DNA from: Octopus sinensis
Taxonomy: Eukaryota
Assembly (NCBI RefSeq): GCF_006345805.1
Contig: NC_043025.1
Span: 14,198,001 to 14,262,000 of the forward strand
DNA length: 64,000 bases
Direction: 5' to 3'
A program made the translations under genes and the position numbers. Below are positions 23,960-36,868 of this stretch, piece after piece (within the stretch, counting starts at the first letter, position 1; each line of letters begins with the position of its first letter). The notes under the pieces were generated by a model. It was not told the origin of the DNA. It searched no databases and saw nothing but the letters and a program-made list of their open reading frames with translations.

Positions 23960-24776
23960 TTAAGTACCAGTGACACAATGGGGGTTGATGTAATCAACAT
24001 CCTGCTCTTCTAAATTTCAGGCTTTGTGCTTATCATAGAAAAAAGAATTATTGAGCTGGCAGAATCGTTAGCACACTAGGTGAAATGCTTAGAGGTATTT
24101 CGTCTGTCTTTACGTTCTGAGTTCAAATTCCACCAAGGTCGACTTTGCCTTTCATCCTTTTGGGGTCAAAAAAATAAGTACCAGTTAAACATTGGGGTCA
24201 ATGTAATTGACTAGTCTCTTCCCCTTAAATTTCAGGCCTTATACCTATAGTAGAAAGGATTATTATTATTATTATTATTATCATTATTATTATCATCTAC
24301 TAAGGTGGGCTGGTAGAATCATTAGAGCAGAGGAAGAATTTGTGGTATTTATTCCAGTTCTTTATGTTCTGAGTTCTAATCCCAGCAGGGTTGACTTTGC
24401 TGTTTTATCCTCTTGGGGTCGATAAAACAAAGTACACGTCAAGTTCTGGGATTGATGGTACAGACAAACCCCTCCCCTCAAATTTACGTGCTTTGTGCCA
24501 AAATCAGAAAGAACTATCGCTATTGTTGTTATTGCTATTATTATTATTATTAGTGTTATTATTTAAGGTAACGAGCCGGCAGAATCGTTAGCACACTGGG
24601 CAAAACGCTTGGCGGAATTTCGCCTGTCGCTACATTCTGAGTTCAAATATTGCCGAGAGTGAGCTTGTCTTTCATCCTTTTGATGGGGGTGGGGGGGTCG
24701 ATAAATTAAGTAAAAATTAATTATAAATTAAAGAAAAAATTAAGCAAAAATTTGAAATAAATCATTACTAGCACTA

Positions 24777-24941
24777 GCGCAGGAGTGGCTGTGTGGTAAG
24801 TAGCTTGCTTACCAACCACATGGTTCCGGGTTCAGTCCCACTGCGTGGCATCTTGGGCAAGTGTCTTCTTCAATAGCCTCGGGCTGACCAATGCCTTGTG
24901 AGTGGATTTGGTAGACGGAAACTGAAAGAAGCCCGTCGTAC

Positions 24942-24990
<49 letters not shown>

Positions 24991-25210
24991 TGTGTGTGTT
25001 TGTGTGTGTGTGTTTGTCCCCCTAGCATTGCTTGACAACCGATGCTGGTGTGTTTACGTCCCCGTTACTTAGCGGTTCGGCAAAAGAGATCGATAGAATA
25101 AGTCCCGGGCTTACAAAAAGAATAAGTCCTGGGGTCGAGTTGCTCGACTAAAGGCGGTGCTCCAGCATGGCCGCAGTCAAATGACTGAAACAAGTAAAAG
25201 AATAAAAGAA
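24777..25210 (+). mobile_element. tRNA-derived SINE family A (representative; internal (AT)n/(GT)n)
   Basis: GGAGTGGCTGTGTGG..GGTTCAGTCCC head, ACCTTGGGCAAGTG core, GAAACAAGTAAAAG tail. Other copies at about 17035-17410, 17806-18180, 31915-32280, 33434-33846, 37718-38118, 63560-63970 (+) and 34770-35133, 50425-50840, 52578-52860 (-). Confidence 0.85.
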
Positions 25211-26615
25211 AACTATGACCCGGAGTTACCGGGTCTTGTGCTATTGCTTGTTGTTCATTGCCGGGTTGCAGTAAAAATTTCTTACTAAATCAAGAGCTAA
25301 GTTTCTTATCACATCTCAACACATGGCTATGATGCTCCACCACCACTTCTGCTCGTGGTCAGAGATGCACATATCTATTTCTTTACTACCCACAAGGGGC
25401 TAAACAAGGACAGACAAACAGATTAAGTCGATTACATCGACCCCAGTCCGTAACTGGTACTTAATTTATCGACCCCGAAAGGATGAAAGGCAAAGTCGAC
25501 CTCGGCGGAATTTGAACTCGGAACATAACAACAGACGAAATACGGCTACGCAGTTTGCCCGGCGTGCTAACGTTTCTGCCAGCTTGCCCTCTTCAGAGAT
25601 GCACACATCGTCAGCCACCAAGGGACATGCTCAACTGGTTAAGGTCAAACAACTGACAAGCAGATCTGTGGTATTGAGCAGAATATTTGCTGTAGCCCAT
25701 CTTTTATACCAAGACAAAACAATGTACATGATAATAATCACCGTGATCACCGTGATCGACCAGGCCATCAGATGTTGTTACACATCGCTGGTCACAATGC
25801 GCTTCGCATTGTTTTAGCCTTCAAATGACGCTACCCCACTGGCTAAGCGAGCAGGCCAACAGAAGTAAGAGTGAGAGAAAGTTGTGGTGAAAGAGTACAG
25901 CAGGGATCACCACCATCCCCTGCCGGAGCCTTGTGGAGCTTTAGGTGTTTTCGCTCAATAAACACTCACAACGCCCGGTCTGGGAATCGAAACCGCGATC
26001 CTACGACCATGAGTCCGCTGCCCTAACCACTAGGCCATTGCACCTCCACTACATGATAATAATAATAATTATTATTATTATTATTTAATGGAGTGAGCTG
26101 ACAATTGTTAACAAGGCAGGCAAAAGGTTTATCAGCATTTTAAATCTTCCTTCATGCTCCGAGTTCAGATTTCATCAAGGTAGACTTTGCAATTGATTCT
26201 CTCTAGAGGCGGGGCAGGGTGTCGACGAAACAAGTACCAGTCACGTACTGGGGTCGATGTAATCGAATAGCCCCCCCCCCCCCACTCCCCTGCCCAGGCC
26301 TTGTGTGTATAGCAGAAAAAGGATTCGTTCTTAGAGCTATGAGCTGGCAGAACGGTTGGCATGACAAGCAAAATTCCTTCACGGCCTTTTGCCTGTCGCT
26401 ATCTTCTGAGTTCAAATTCTGCCAGGGGAGGAATGTGTATTTGCGTACATGCATATATGTATATATATATGTGTGTGTGTGTCTGTGTATCTATATATAG
26501 TGAGAGAAAGTGGGAGTGGTGGCGCTACATGTTAGTATATGATACATGCATGTATATATATGTCTGTGTGTACATATATATATGTACATATGTGTGTGTG
26601 TATATAAATATATAT

Positions 26616-26668
<53 letters not shown>

Positions 26669-26716
26669 GTATGTATGTATGTATATGTATACATATATAC
26701 ATATACACATATATTT

Positions 26717-26778
<62 letters not shown>

Positions 26779-27470
26779 TGCTCCATATTGATATATAATA
26801 CTGAGACGCACAGACAAAGGAAGGGTGGGTGGGGTACCAGGTAATATTTCAACTGAAATTGAGAATGGTAACAATGGCACAACAACCTCCCCCCTCACAC
26901 ACACACACACTCCACATGTGTATGTTACAAACCTACACTCCTCCTCACATACACACGCACATATGAACAGGGCCAGGGTACCTCACATACACACACACAA
27001 ATATATATATATATATGAACAGGGCCAGGGTACCCTGCCACCCATACTGTCTAGGGAACAGCTGCTGACTGAAATAACAAAGTACTTGCCAAAGACAAAA
27101 GGGACCACCACCACCACCACCATCACCACCACCGCTGCCGCCACCACCACCATCTTACCTTTTGTTCCCTCTGCATATAGACCCCCCCTTCGCCACCCCA
27201 ACCCCTGTTATTGCACTATCGCACCATGGCCCTAAGGGTAAACAGCTTTGTTCAAACTGTCTACACATTCACCCCACACAGAAGAATAGGGACCACCACC
27301 ACCACCACTGTCAATAGAGGTGCGTCTAGAACTACAATACATTATTGGCGTTGGAAATTAAGACAGATGGTTGCGGCTGGCAAGTCTGATCGCGTGTCTG
27401 TTGGATCAGGCCCGGCCCAGGGGGAGAAGAAAATAATACTATGAATAATAATAATAATACTGTATTTTCT

Positions 27471-28062
27471 TATTTCTTTATTGCCCACTAGGGGCTAAAC
27501 ATAGAGGGGACAAACAAGGACAAACGGATTAAGTCAATTATATCGACCCCAGTGCGTAACTGGTACTTATTTAATCAACCCCGAAAGGATGAAAGGCAAA
27601 GTCGACCTCGGCGAAATTTGAACTCAGAACGTAACGGCAGACGAAATACCTATTTCTTTACTATCCACAAGAGGCTAAACAAGGACAGACAAACGGATTA
27701 AGTCGATTATATCGACCCCAGTGCGTAACTGGTACTTAATTTATCGACCCCGAAAGGATGAAAGGCAAAGTCGACCTCGGCAAAATTTGAACTCAGAACA
27801 TAGCGGCAGACGAAATACTTATTTCTTTACTATCCACAAGGGGCTAAACATAGAGGGGACAAACAAGCGGATTAAGTCGATTATATCGACCCCAGTGCAT
27901 AACTGGTACTTAATTTATTGACCCCAAAAGGATGAAAGGCAAAGTCGACCTCAGCGAAATTTGAACTCAGAACATAGCGGCAGACGAAATACCTATTTCT
28001 TTACTACCCACAAGGGGCTAAACATAGAGGGGGACAAACAAGGACAGACAAACGGATTAAGT
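27471..28062 (-). repeat. Head-to-tail multimer of SINE B (3 units of ~170-180 bp plus a partial)
   Basis: Units start at 27471, 27651, 27820 and 27994, joined at GACGAAATAC(C/T)|TATTTCTTTA. Confidence 0.85.
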
Positions 28063-28233
28063 GCGGATGTGGCTGCTTGGTAAGAAGTCGACTTCCCAAC
28101 CACGTGGTCCTGGGTTCAGTCCCACTGCATGAAACCCCAAATAAGGATCTTCTGCTATAGCACCAGGAAAACCAAGACCTTGTGTGTGGATTTGGTAGAT
28201 GGAAACTGGAAAAAGCCAGTCATATGTATATAT

Positions 28234-29608
28234 GACCTGGGGCTAAACAACAACAACAACAACAACAAAGAAAGGCACATTAGATAATGTAGTCCTAGAT
28301 ACATTGTGTCTGAACAGGAGACAAGATAGTCACAGCTCAGCTGGAACATCTTTGATCATAGGTCTGACTGGATCAGGACTGACCTGGGGCTAAACAACAA
28401 GAAGGACACATTAGATAATGTAGTCCTAGATACACTATGCCTCAATAAAAGACAGGATGGTCACAGCTGGAACATCTTTGATCATAGGTCTCCTGGATCA
28501 GGACTGACCTGGGGTTAAACAACAACAGCAACAGATTAAGACAAACAAATCATCGTTATCTCCTCACCATCACCACCACCACCATCATCATTGTATATAT
28601 TGGAGGAGGGGGGGTTGTTGGGGGTAATTAGGGGAACGAGTTGGAGCTTGTGGGGGGGGGGAGTTTGACTGGAACATCAGCAGCAGCAGGGTAAGGAAGC
28701 CGGGAGAAACGACTCCCTTGTTATGTCCAGAGATAAGGATCTTAATGTAGCAGGGTGACACAGTTTGCTGTGCCTGAAGGTGGGTGGGGAGCAGGGGAAG
28801 ATTTTTGCGGAAGCTGGAAAGATAAGGATAGGATATTTGCTAAAGTTACTTTCTGCTTCTCTAACACACACACACACACACACAGTGAGTCAGCAGAGAT
28901 GTCTCTATGGTGTCGCTTGGTCTACTAGAAATAGCAGCCAAATAACTCTCACATCATACCAAAGGGGAAAAGAGAATAACGCAGAGGAAACTATAGTCCT
29001 AGATACGCAATGTCTGAGCATAGAACAGAGAGAACATCTTTGATCATAGGGTCTGCTGTATCGGGACTGACCTGGGGCTAAACAACAACAACAAAGGAAA
29101 GGAAGGATACATTAGATAATGTAGTCCTAGATACACTGTGCCTGAATATAAGACAGGGATGGTCACAGCTGGAACATCTTTGATCATAGGTCTACTGGAT
29201 CAGGACTGACCTTGGGCTAAACAATAATGACAAGGAAGGACACATTAGATAACGTAGTCCTAGATACACAATGTCTGAATAAAAGACAGGATGGTCACAG
29301 TTGGAGCATCTTTGATCATAGGTCAGTCTGGATCAGGACTGACCTGGGGCTAAACAACAAGGAAGGACACATTAGATAATGTAGTCCTAGATACACTATG
29401 CCTGAATAAAAGATAGGATGGTCACAGCTGGAACATCTTTGATCATAGGTCTACTGGATCAGGACTGACCTTGGGCTAAACAACAAGGAAGAACACATTA
29501 GATAACGTAGTCCTAGATACACAATGTCTGAATAAAAGACAGGATGGTCACAGCTGGAACATCTTTGATCATAGGTCTGCCTGGATCAGGACTGACCTGG
29601 GGCTAAAC
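28234..29608 (+). repeat. Two arrays of the ~126-bp unit (about 28234-28530 and 28990-29608)
   Basis: Direct sequence match to the 6751 unit. Confidence 0.92.
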
Positions 29609-31049
29609 TACATAAAAGCACACACATAAATCATGACAGACGGGAATCGTCTGTCGTGGGTGCGTCACAAAATGTCTCTCTTCCGTATTGGATATTCTGG
29701 CAGAATCTGAAAAACTGGAAGACCCCCGTCAAGCCCCAATGTCATGTTTGGCATGTTTCCTGCAGCTGGATGCCCTTCGTAATGCCAATCTCTTTACAGA
29801 ATGCAATGGGTTGTTTTTTGTAGGGTTTTTTTTTCCATGCCACCAACACTGGTGAGGTGGTCATGGAATTTGAAGACTGAAAAAAGAATGGAGAAAAGCA
29901 AAAAGAAAAACTCCCTCAACTAAGAGGGGCTGTATTTTTGTTCCTTCCCAAGCCATGTGTGGCTCATAGGGCCGGTTTCTTGGTTTCCTTGGTGTATAGG
30001 TTCCCCACCTGGATGGGATGCCGGTCCGTCGCAGGTGAGCTGCAAGATGCAGGAGGAAAGAGTGAGAGAAAGTTGTGGTGAAAGAGTCAGCAGAAGTTCG
30101 CCATTACTTTCTGCCGGAGCTTAGGTGATTTGCTCATAAACACACACATCACCCAGTCTGAGATTCGAATCCGCAATCCCTCAACCGCGAGTCCGCTGCT
30201 CTAACTACTAGGCCATGTACCTCCACAAATAAAATACATGCGCCCTTTTAAAGCCTAGCCAGGCTCATGGGCCCAGTTTCCCGGTTTCTATGGCGTATGT
30301 GTTCCCCAGCGGGACGGGATGTCAGTCCATCGTAGGATTACTCATTTTTGCCAGCTGAGTGGACTGGAGCAACGTGAAATGAAGTGTTTTGCTCAAAAGC
30401 ACAACGCGTCGCCTGGTCCGGGAATTGAAACCACAATCTTACAATCATGGTGTGCTGACACCCTAACCACTAGGCCACGCGCCTCCACAGGGGCTGTATT
30501 TGGGAGGGGAAAATGAAGGGAGGTGGCTGTATGTCAGGTGTTGAAAGGCTAAAGTATGACAGGGGGACAAATACTATAGGTGTCTTACTATAGAGAAGCA
30601 TAAGAGGGGCAAGAGCAAAGTAGCAAGGGACAAGAAGGTGAGCATAAGGGTGGAGATGGATAGCGTGTTGCTATGCAGGGGATTCATGGCTGAAGGAGAT
30701 GAGAGGGAGGTGGTGATGGGGTGCTGGAGTAAACCCTGAAGGAACAAGGAGAGGACACAGACAGTGGGTCGTGCGAGGGGATGAGGCAGTGGATGCGTTC
30801 GTAAGAGGGTGAGGTGGGGAGTGAACGGGTGGCGGGAGAGGTTGAGGTAGTGAGACGAACAAGGGTGGGGATAGGGGAGAGGGGTAAGGTGGGAGACATA
30901 GGGGTGGATCAGGAAAGAAAGTAAGTCGGAAAGTAATGGGACGATGTACAAGATGTTGGAGCAGGGATGCATAAGGGGCCATAATGATAAATGAGGGGGT
31001 ATTGAGAATGATAGCAGAGAGTTAAGATTATTATTATTATTATAAATAC

Positions 31050-31668
31050 CTTTTGCCAGCAACGGCGCCATCGTTTTTACCAAGTTTATCATCCAATTCA
31101 ACTCCGGCCCAGTCACCTTTGGCAAAATCTGTGGCACCAATGTATCGTAGAGTCCCTGGTTTTGTGCCGCTGACCAACACCCGGTCACCAGTCTTAAGCA
31201 TGTATTTCGGAGACAGTCCGTCTTTTGAGAGGGTCATCGAGGAGGTCGTGGGGGAAATCTTGTTGAGGCTGGACGTCGAGGCTGAGGAGCCTCGGCTCCC
31301 AGCGAGACCACTCTTCGGTGTCATGCTCCGATTTCCAACTGCTAACCCACCAATCGGGGTTCCGTTTGCGGAGGTAGCAATGCTGCTGCCGGCAGCCTCC
31401 GGTTTCGGAGTCTGGGGAGTCCGGGAGAGTTTGGAGATCCGAGCGAAAACGCCGAATTTTGGTTCGCACTGGAAGTAGCGCACCCCGCTGACGGAGCCAT
31501 CGTTTTTACCAAGCATCTCGTCCAGTATAACGCCAGCCCATTCACCAGGAGCAAAACTCGTCTCGCCTAAGAATGCGATCACACCTGGCTTGTTGCCGCT
31601 TACCCAAACGCGGTCACCGATGATAAAGTCGTCCACGGGGGGTGTCGGACTCATCTGGGGATCTGGAC
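31050..31668 (-). CDS. CLIP1: CLIP-170-like exon: CAP-Gly domain 1 and most of CAP-Gly domain 2
   Basis: Translation IGDRVWVSGNKPG..GEWAGVILDEMLGKNDGSVSGVRYFQC..FG and GDRVLVSGTKPG..GDWAGVELDDKLGKNDGAVAGKR. Acceptor tttcag|GT, donor AAAAG|GTATTT; 619 nt, phase 1 to 2. Confidence 0.97.
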
Positions 31669-31797
31669 CTGAAAGGAGAGAAAGGAGATATTGAATTAAC
31701 AATGTGGAGAGAAAGGAGAGGTGGATTAACAATGTGGAGAGAAAGAAGAGGTGGATTTACAATGTGGAGAGAAAGAGAGACAGATAGAGAGGCAACC

Positions 31798-31832
<35 letters not shown>

Positions 31833-34800
31833 GAGAAATTGGAGAGAGATGCAGGGGGGGGGAAGAATGAGGCAAGCGAGGGAGAAAGAGATGGATGGAG
31901 AGACAGAGAGGAGGTATGGCACCTTGGGTAGGTGTCTTCTGCTATAGCCTCGGGCCAACCAAAGCCTTGTGAGTGGATTTGGTAGACGGAAACTGAAAGA
32001 AGCCCATTGTATATACGTATATACATATATGTGTGTATGCGTGTGTGTATTTGGTAGACGGAAACTGAAAGAAGCCCATCGTATATACGTATATATATGT
32101 ATATGTTTGTGTAACCGATGCTGGTGTGTTTACGTTCCCGTCACTTAGCGGTTCAGCAAGAGAGACTGATAGAATAAGTAGCAGGCTTATAAAGAATAAG
32201 TCCTGGAGGTTGATGTGCTTGACTAAAGGCGGTGCTCCAGCATGGCCGCAGTCATATGACTGAAACAAATAAAAGAACAACTCTGCCAGACACCTCATTG
32301 AAGATGATGATGATGATGATGATGAGAGCCGAAACAAAGACAACTTAATTAAATCGGAAGAAACCACTCAACCGATGACCGTTAATTCACTGCGTTCGGA
32401 ATTAAACATTTTGTAGCAATCATTTTTCATAAACGATTAGTCATTAATCGCAATGTTTTCACAATTGGCAAAACTGGCAAAACTGGAAGGGCAGGTTTTT
32501 ATTTTTTCAATTGAGAGAAAGAGAGGAGGGGAAAAAATGGGGAGAAGTTTTTGGATACGGACCAAATATTAGTGGTGTGGGTGTGTGTGTTGTGTGTGCG
32601 TGCTGTGTGTGTGCTGTGTTGCGTGTGCGTGCTGTGTGTGTGTGCTGTGTTGTGTGTGTTGCTGCGTTGTGTTATGTGTGTGTGTGTGTGTGCTGTGTGT
32701 GTGTGTGTGTTGCTGGTTGTGTTATGTGTGTGTGTGCTGTGTTGCGTGTGTGTGTGTGTGTTGCTGGCTGTGTTGTGTGTGTGTTTGTTGTGTACATATG
32801 AGTGCATGCATGTGTGTGTGTGACAGAGATGGCACACACACACATGAGTGCATATGTGTGTCTTTGCACTTTGGTTGTATGCACGTGTACGCATATGTTG
32901 CTGATTATGTGTGTGTATGTATGTACATTGCTAGTTGTGCATGTGTGTGTATGTACGTGTTACTAGTGTGTGTGCATAACTAGTTGTGCATATGTGCATT
33001 ACTAGTTGTATGTGTGTGTGTGCTGCTTGTTGTGTATGCGTTTATACATGTGTGTGCTACTAGTTATGTGTGTGTGTGTTACTAGTTGTGAATGTGTATG
33101 TTTGCATGTATATGTTACTGGTTTGTGTATATATATGTGTTACTAACAGCACGTGTGTGTGTGTTTGTGGGTGTGTGTTTGTGTGTGTGTGTGTGTGTGT
33201 CTGTGTGTGTTGCTGGTGTTATTTTCAATATGTCAAACTCCACCAATCTGACATTTCACAGTTTGTGAGGTTCTTTGCATTTATTTTCTCTTCTCGTTAT
33301 TTTTCTATCCCAATTAGTGAAATTCCTGCTCTTACTTACACAATTCATTACTGGACATTATCACAATGTTTTCCACCATCTGACTCATTCTTACGGGTCA
33401 ATAAGGTAGAAAAACAAAACACTTAACATTATAGGCGCAGGAGTGGCTGTGTAGTAAGTAGCTTGTTTACCAACCACATGGTTCCAGGTTCAGTCCCATT
33501 GCATGGCACCTTGGGCAAGTGTCTTCTACTATAGCCTCAGGCCAACCAAAGCCTTGTGAGTGGATTTGGTAGACGGAAACTGAAAGAAGCCCGTCGTATA
33601 TATGTATATATGCATGTGTGTGTTTGTGTTTGTATGTATGTGTGTCTGTTTGTCCTCCTAGCATTGCTTGACAACCGATGCTGGTGTGTTTACATCCCCG
33701 TCACTTAGCGGTTCGGCAAAAGAGACCGATAGAATAAGTACTGGGCTTACAAAAGAATAAGTCCCGGGGTCGAGTTGCTTGATTAAAGGCGGTGCTCCAG
33801 CATGGCCACAGTCAAATGACTGAAACAAGTAAAAGAGTAAAAGAGTTATCAAAGCCACGATTTACTTTCAAAGAAGGTGAACTGGCAGAATCTCGTTAAC
33901 ACGCCAGGTAAAATGCATAGTGGCATTTCAACTGTTTAGGTTTGAGTTCAAATTCTGCTGGGGTCGACTTTGATAACAACAAACAACGTGATGAGACCCA
34001 TCCATCCATTGTAAATAATGTGCAGAATCCTCATCTCAAAAATATTGTGTAATCGCCGTCATCATTGTTTAACGTCTGTTTTCCGTGCTAGCAAGGGTTG
34101 GACGGTTCTACCGGGGTCTGGGAAGCCAGGAGGCTGCACCAGGCTCCAGTCTGATCTGGTAGTGTTTCTACAGCTGGATGCCCTTCCTAATGCCAACCAC
34201 TCCGTGAGTGTAGTGGGTGCTTTTTACATGCCACCGGCACAGAAGCCAGTCAAGGCAGTGATGGCATTGGCCAAGTTCAGATGATGCTTTTTACGTGCCA
34301 CCGGCACAAGTATCACAACCACAATTTCCATTTGACTTTTTGATGTTGATGTACTTGACTCAATAGGTCTCCTCAAGCATGACACTACACCCTGTAAATT
34401 GGTTGGCATTAGGAAGGGCATCCAGCCATAGAAAGCAAGCCAAATCAGACTGGAACCTGGCTTATCAGCTCTGGTCAAGCTGTCCAGCCCAGGCCAGTAT
34501 AGAAAATGGACATGACCATGCTTTACTAGTAAGCTACCAAGAACAAACCATTCATTTTATTACACACACACACACACACACACCATGAGCTTCCACGTAG
34601 TTTCCGTCCACCAAATTCTCTCACAAAGCATTGGTTGGCCCAAAGCTATTGTGGAAGACTCTTGCCGAAAGTACCACACAATGGGACTGAACCCTAAACC
34701 ATGTGGTCTGTGGTCACAAAGCAAGCTTCTTAACCACTCAGCCAACATGCAATTATACCCCTTACCCTTTTACTTCTTTCAGTCATTTGACTGCGGCCAT

Positions 34801-34987
34801 GCTGGAGCACCGCCTTTATAGTCGGGCGAATCAACCCCAGAGCTTATTCTCTGTAAGCTTGGTACTTATTCTATTGGTCTCTTTTTGCCGAACCGCTAAG
34901 TTACGGGGACGTAAACACACTAGCATCAGTTGTCAAGCAATGAGGGGGGGGGTAAACAGACACACAAACATACATACACAGATATAT

Positions 34988-35024
<37 letters not shown>

Positions 35025-35575
35025 CACATACATATATACGATGGGCTTCTTTCAGTTTCCGTCTACCAAATCCACTCACAAGGCTTTGGTCGGCCTGAGG
35101 CTATAGTAGAAGACACTTGCCCAAGATGCCATGCAGTGGGACTGAACCTGGAACCATGTGGTTGGTAAGCAAGCTACTTACCACACAGCCACTCTTTTTT
35201 TAAATATTTCTTAAAGATTTCCTCTAAATCCCTTATATAGTTATTTGAATCATTGCCTAGAATTTAATCCCCCTTCAAAAGGATTTAGAATTCGGTTAAG
35301 CTTTTATTCCAGATTCAACCGTCATTATTATGCAGAGAGGAAAACTTCTGCTCTTTCACGATAATTCTTTTGGGATTAAACAAAGTGGGAGGGTGGCCAA
35401 GGAATTGCCCACGTCATCAGGCTTGTACAATGACAGAGAAACCAGGATGGCCTTGCTGCAGAGTAGGAATTATGTACATAAAAACGTGTGTGTGTAGGTG
35501 GGTGTTTTATTGTGTCACTGACATGGGAAAGGCTGTCACATGTGACAGGGTTAAAGAGTATCAGTTATATTTGGA

Positions 35576-35606
<31 letters not shown>

Positions 35607-35774
35607 ACATACACATACTCATTTACAGACATATATACGTCTGACCATGTGTGTGTGTGTATATACATATATTCATGCATAGAAACACACAAACGCGCAC
35701 ATATATACATGTTTAAGCGTATGTCTGTGAGTGAGTACATATATGTATAGGTGTGTGTGTATATATATATACAT

Positions 35775-35820
<46 letters not shown>

Positions 35821-35901
35821 GCACACACATTACTTCTATGTATTTGTATGCATATATGTACGTGGGTACATTATGTGTACATGGGTGTACATACATGTTA
35901 G

Positions 35902-35942
<41 letters not shown>

Positions 35943-36331
35943 ATACATATATTTGTGTACCTATCAGCATATGTGTTTATATATATATACTCTACATAAG
36001 CAAGCATCTACGTATATATATATATAGATGTATATAATGTATACATTACCAACATGTGCATTGGGTGTTGAATAGCACAGCCTACTACAAAGGGGGGGGG
36101 AGAGAATTTAAAACAAACGCCTGCACCCCCACCCGCCCACCCCACATTCCTACACCCCATTCTCCCCACCGCACCCCCATCCCTTCTTTCTCTCTCTCCC
36201 TCTCTACACACATGACTAGCTTTAAACACTATCATTTAAGCTGGAGTTAGAAAAAAAAAAAAGAGAAAAGAGAAAAAGATAAATGAAAAGCAAAAAGTAA
36301 TAACTCCTGTCAAACGGGACACACAGACAGA

Positions 36332-36868
36332 CGAGCATGGAACAGAGAGAACATCTTTGATCATAGGGTCTGCTGGATCAGGACTGACCCGGGGCTAAAC
36401 AACAACAACAACAACAAGGAAGGACACATTAGATAATGTAGTCCTAGATACACTATGCCTGAATAAAAGACAGGATGGTCCCAGTTGGAACATCTTTGAT
36501 CATAGGTCTGTCTGGATCAGGACTGACCTAGGGCTAAACAACAAGGAAGGACACATTAGATAATGTAGTCCTAGATACACTATGTCTGAATCAAATATGG
36601 GATGGTCACAGTTGGAGCATCTTTGATCATAGGTCTGTCTGGATCAGGGTTGACCTAGGGTTAAACAACAAGAACGGTCACATTAAATAATGTAGTCCTA
36701 GATACACTGTGCCTGAATATAAGACAGGATGGTCACAGTTGGAACACCTTTGATCATAGGTCTGTCTGGATCAGGGTTGACCTAGGGCTAAACGATAAGG
36801 AAGAACACATTAGATAATGTAGTCCTAGATACACTATGCCTGAATAAAAGACAGGATGGTCACAGCTG
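36332..36868 (+). repeat. Array of the ~126-bp unit (about 4 copies)
   Basis: Direct match; shares the variant start GAACAGAGAGAACATCTTTGATCATAGGGTC with the 29.0-kb array. Confidence 0.92.

Noticed and set aside
30574-31049. Minus-strand ORFs adjoining the CAP-Gly exon
   Set aside because: Intronic purine-rich sequence; the true exon ends at the 31050 donor and continues at 20220.
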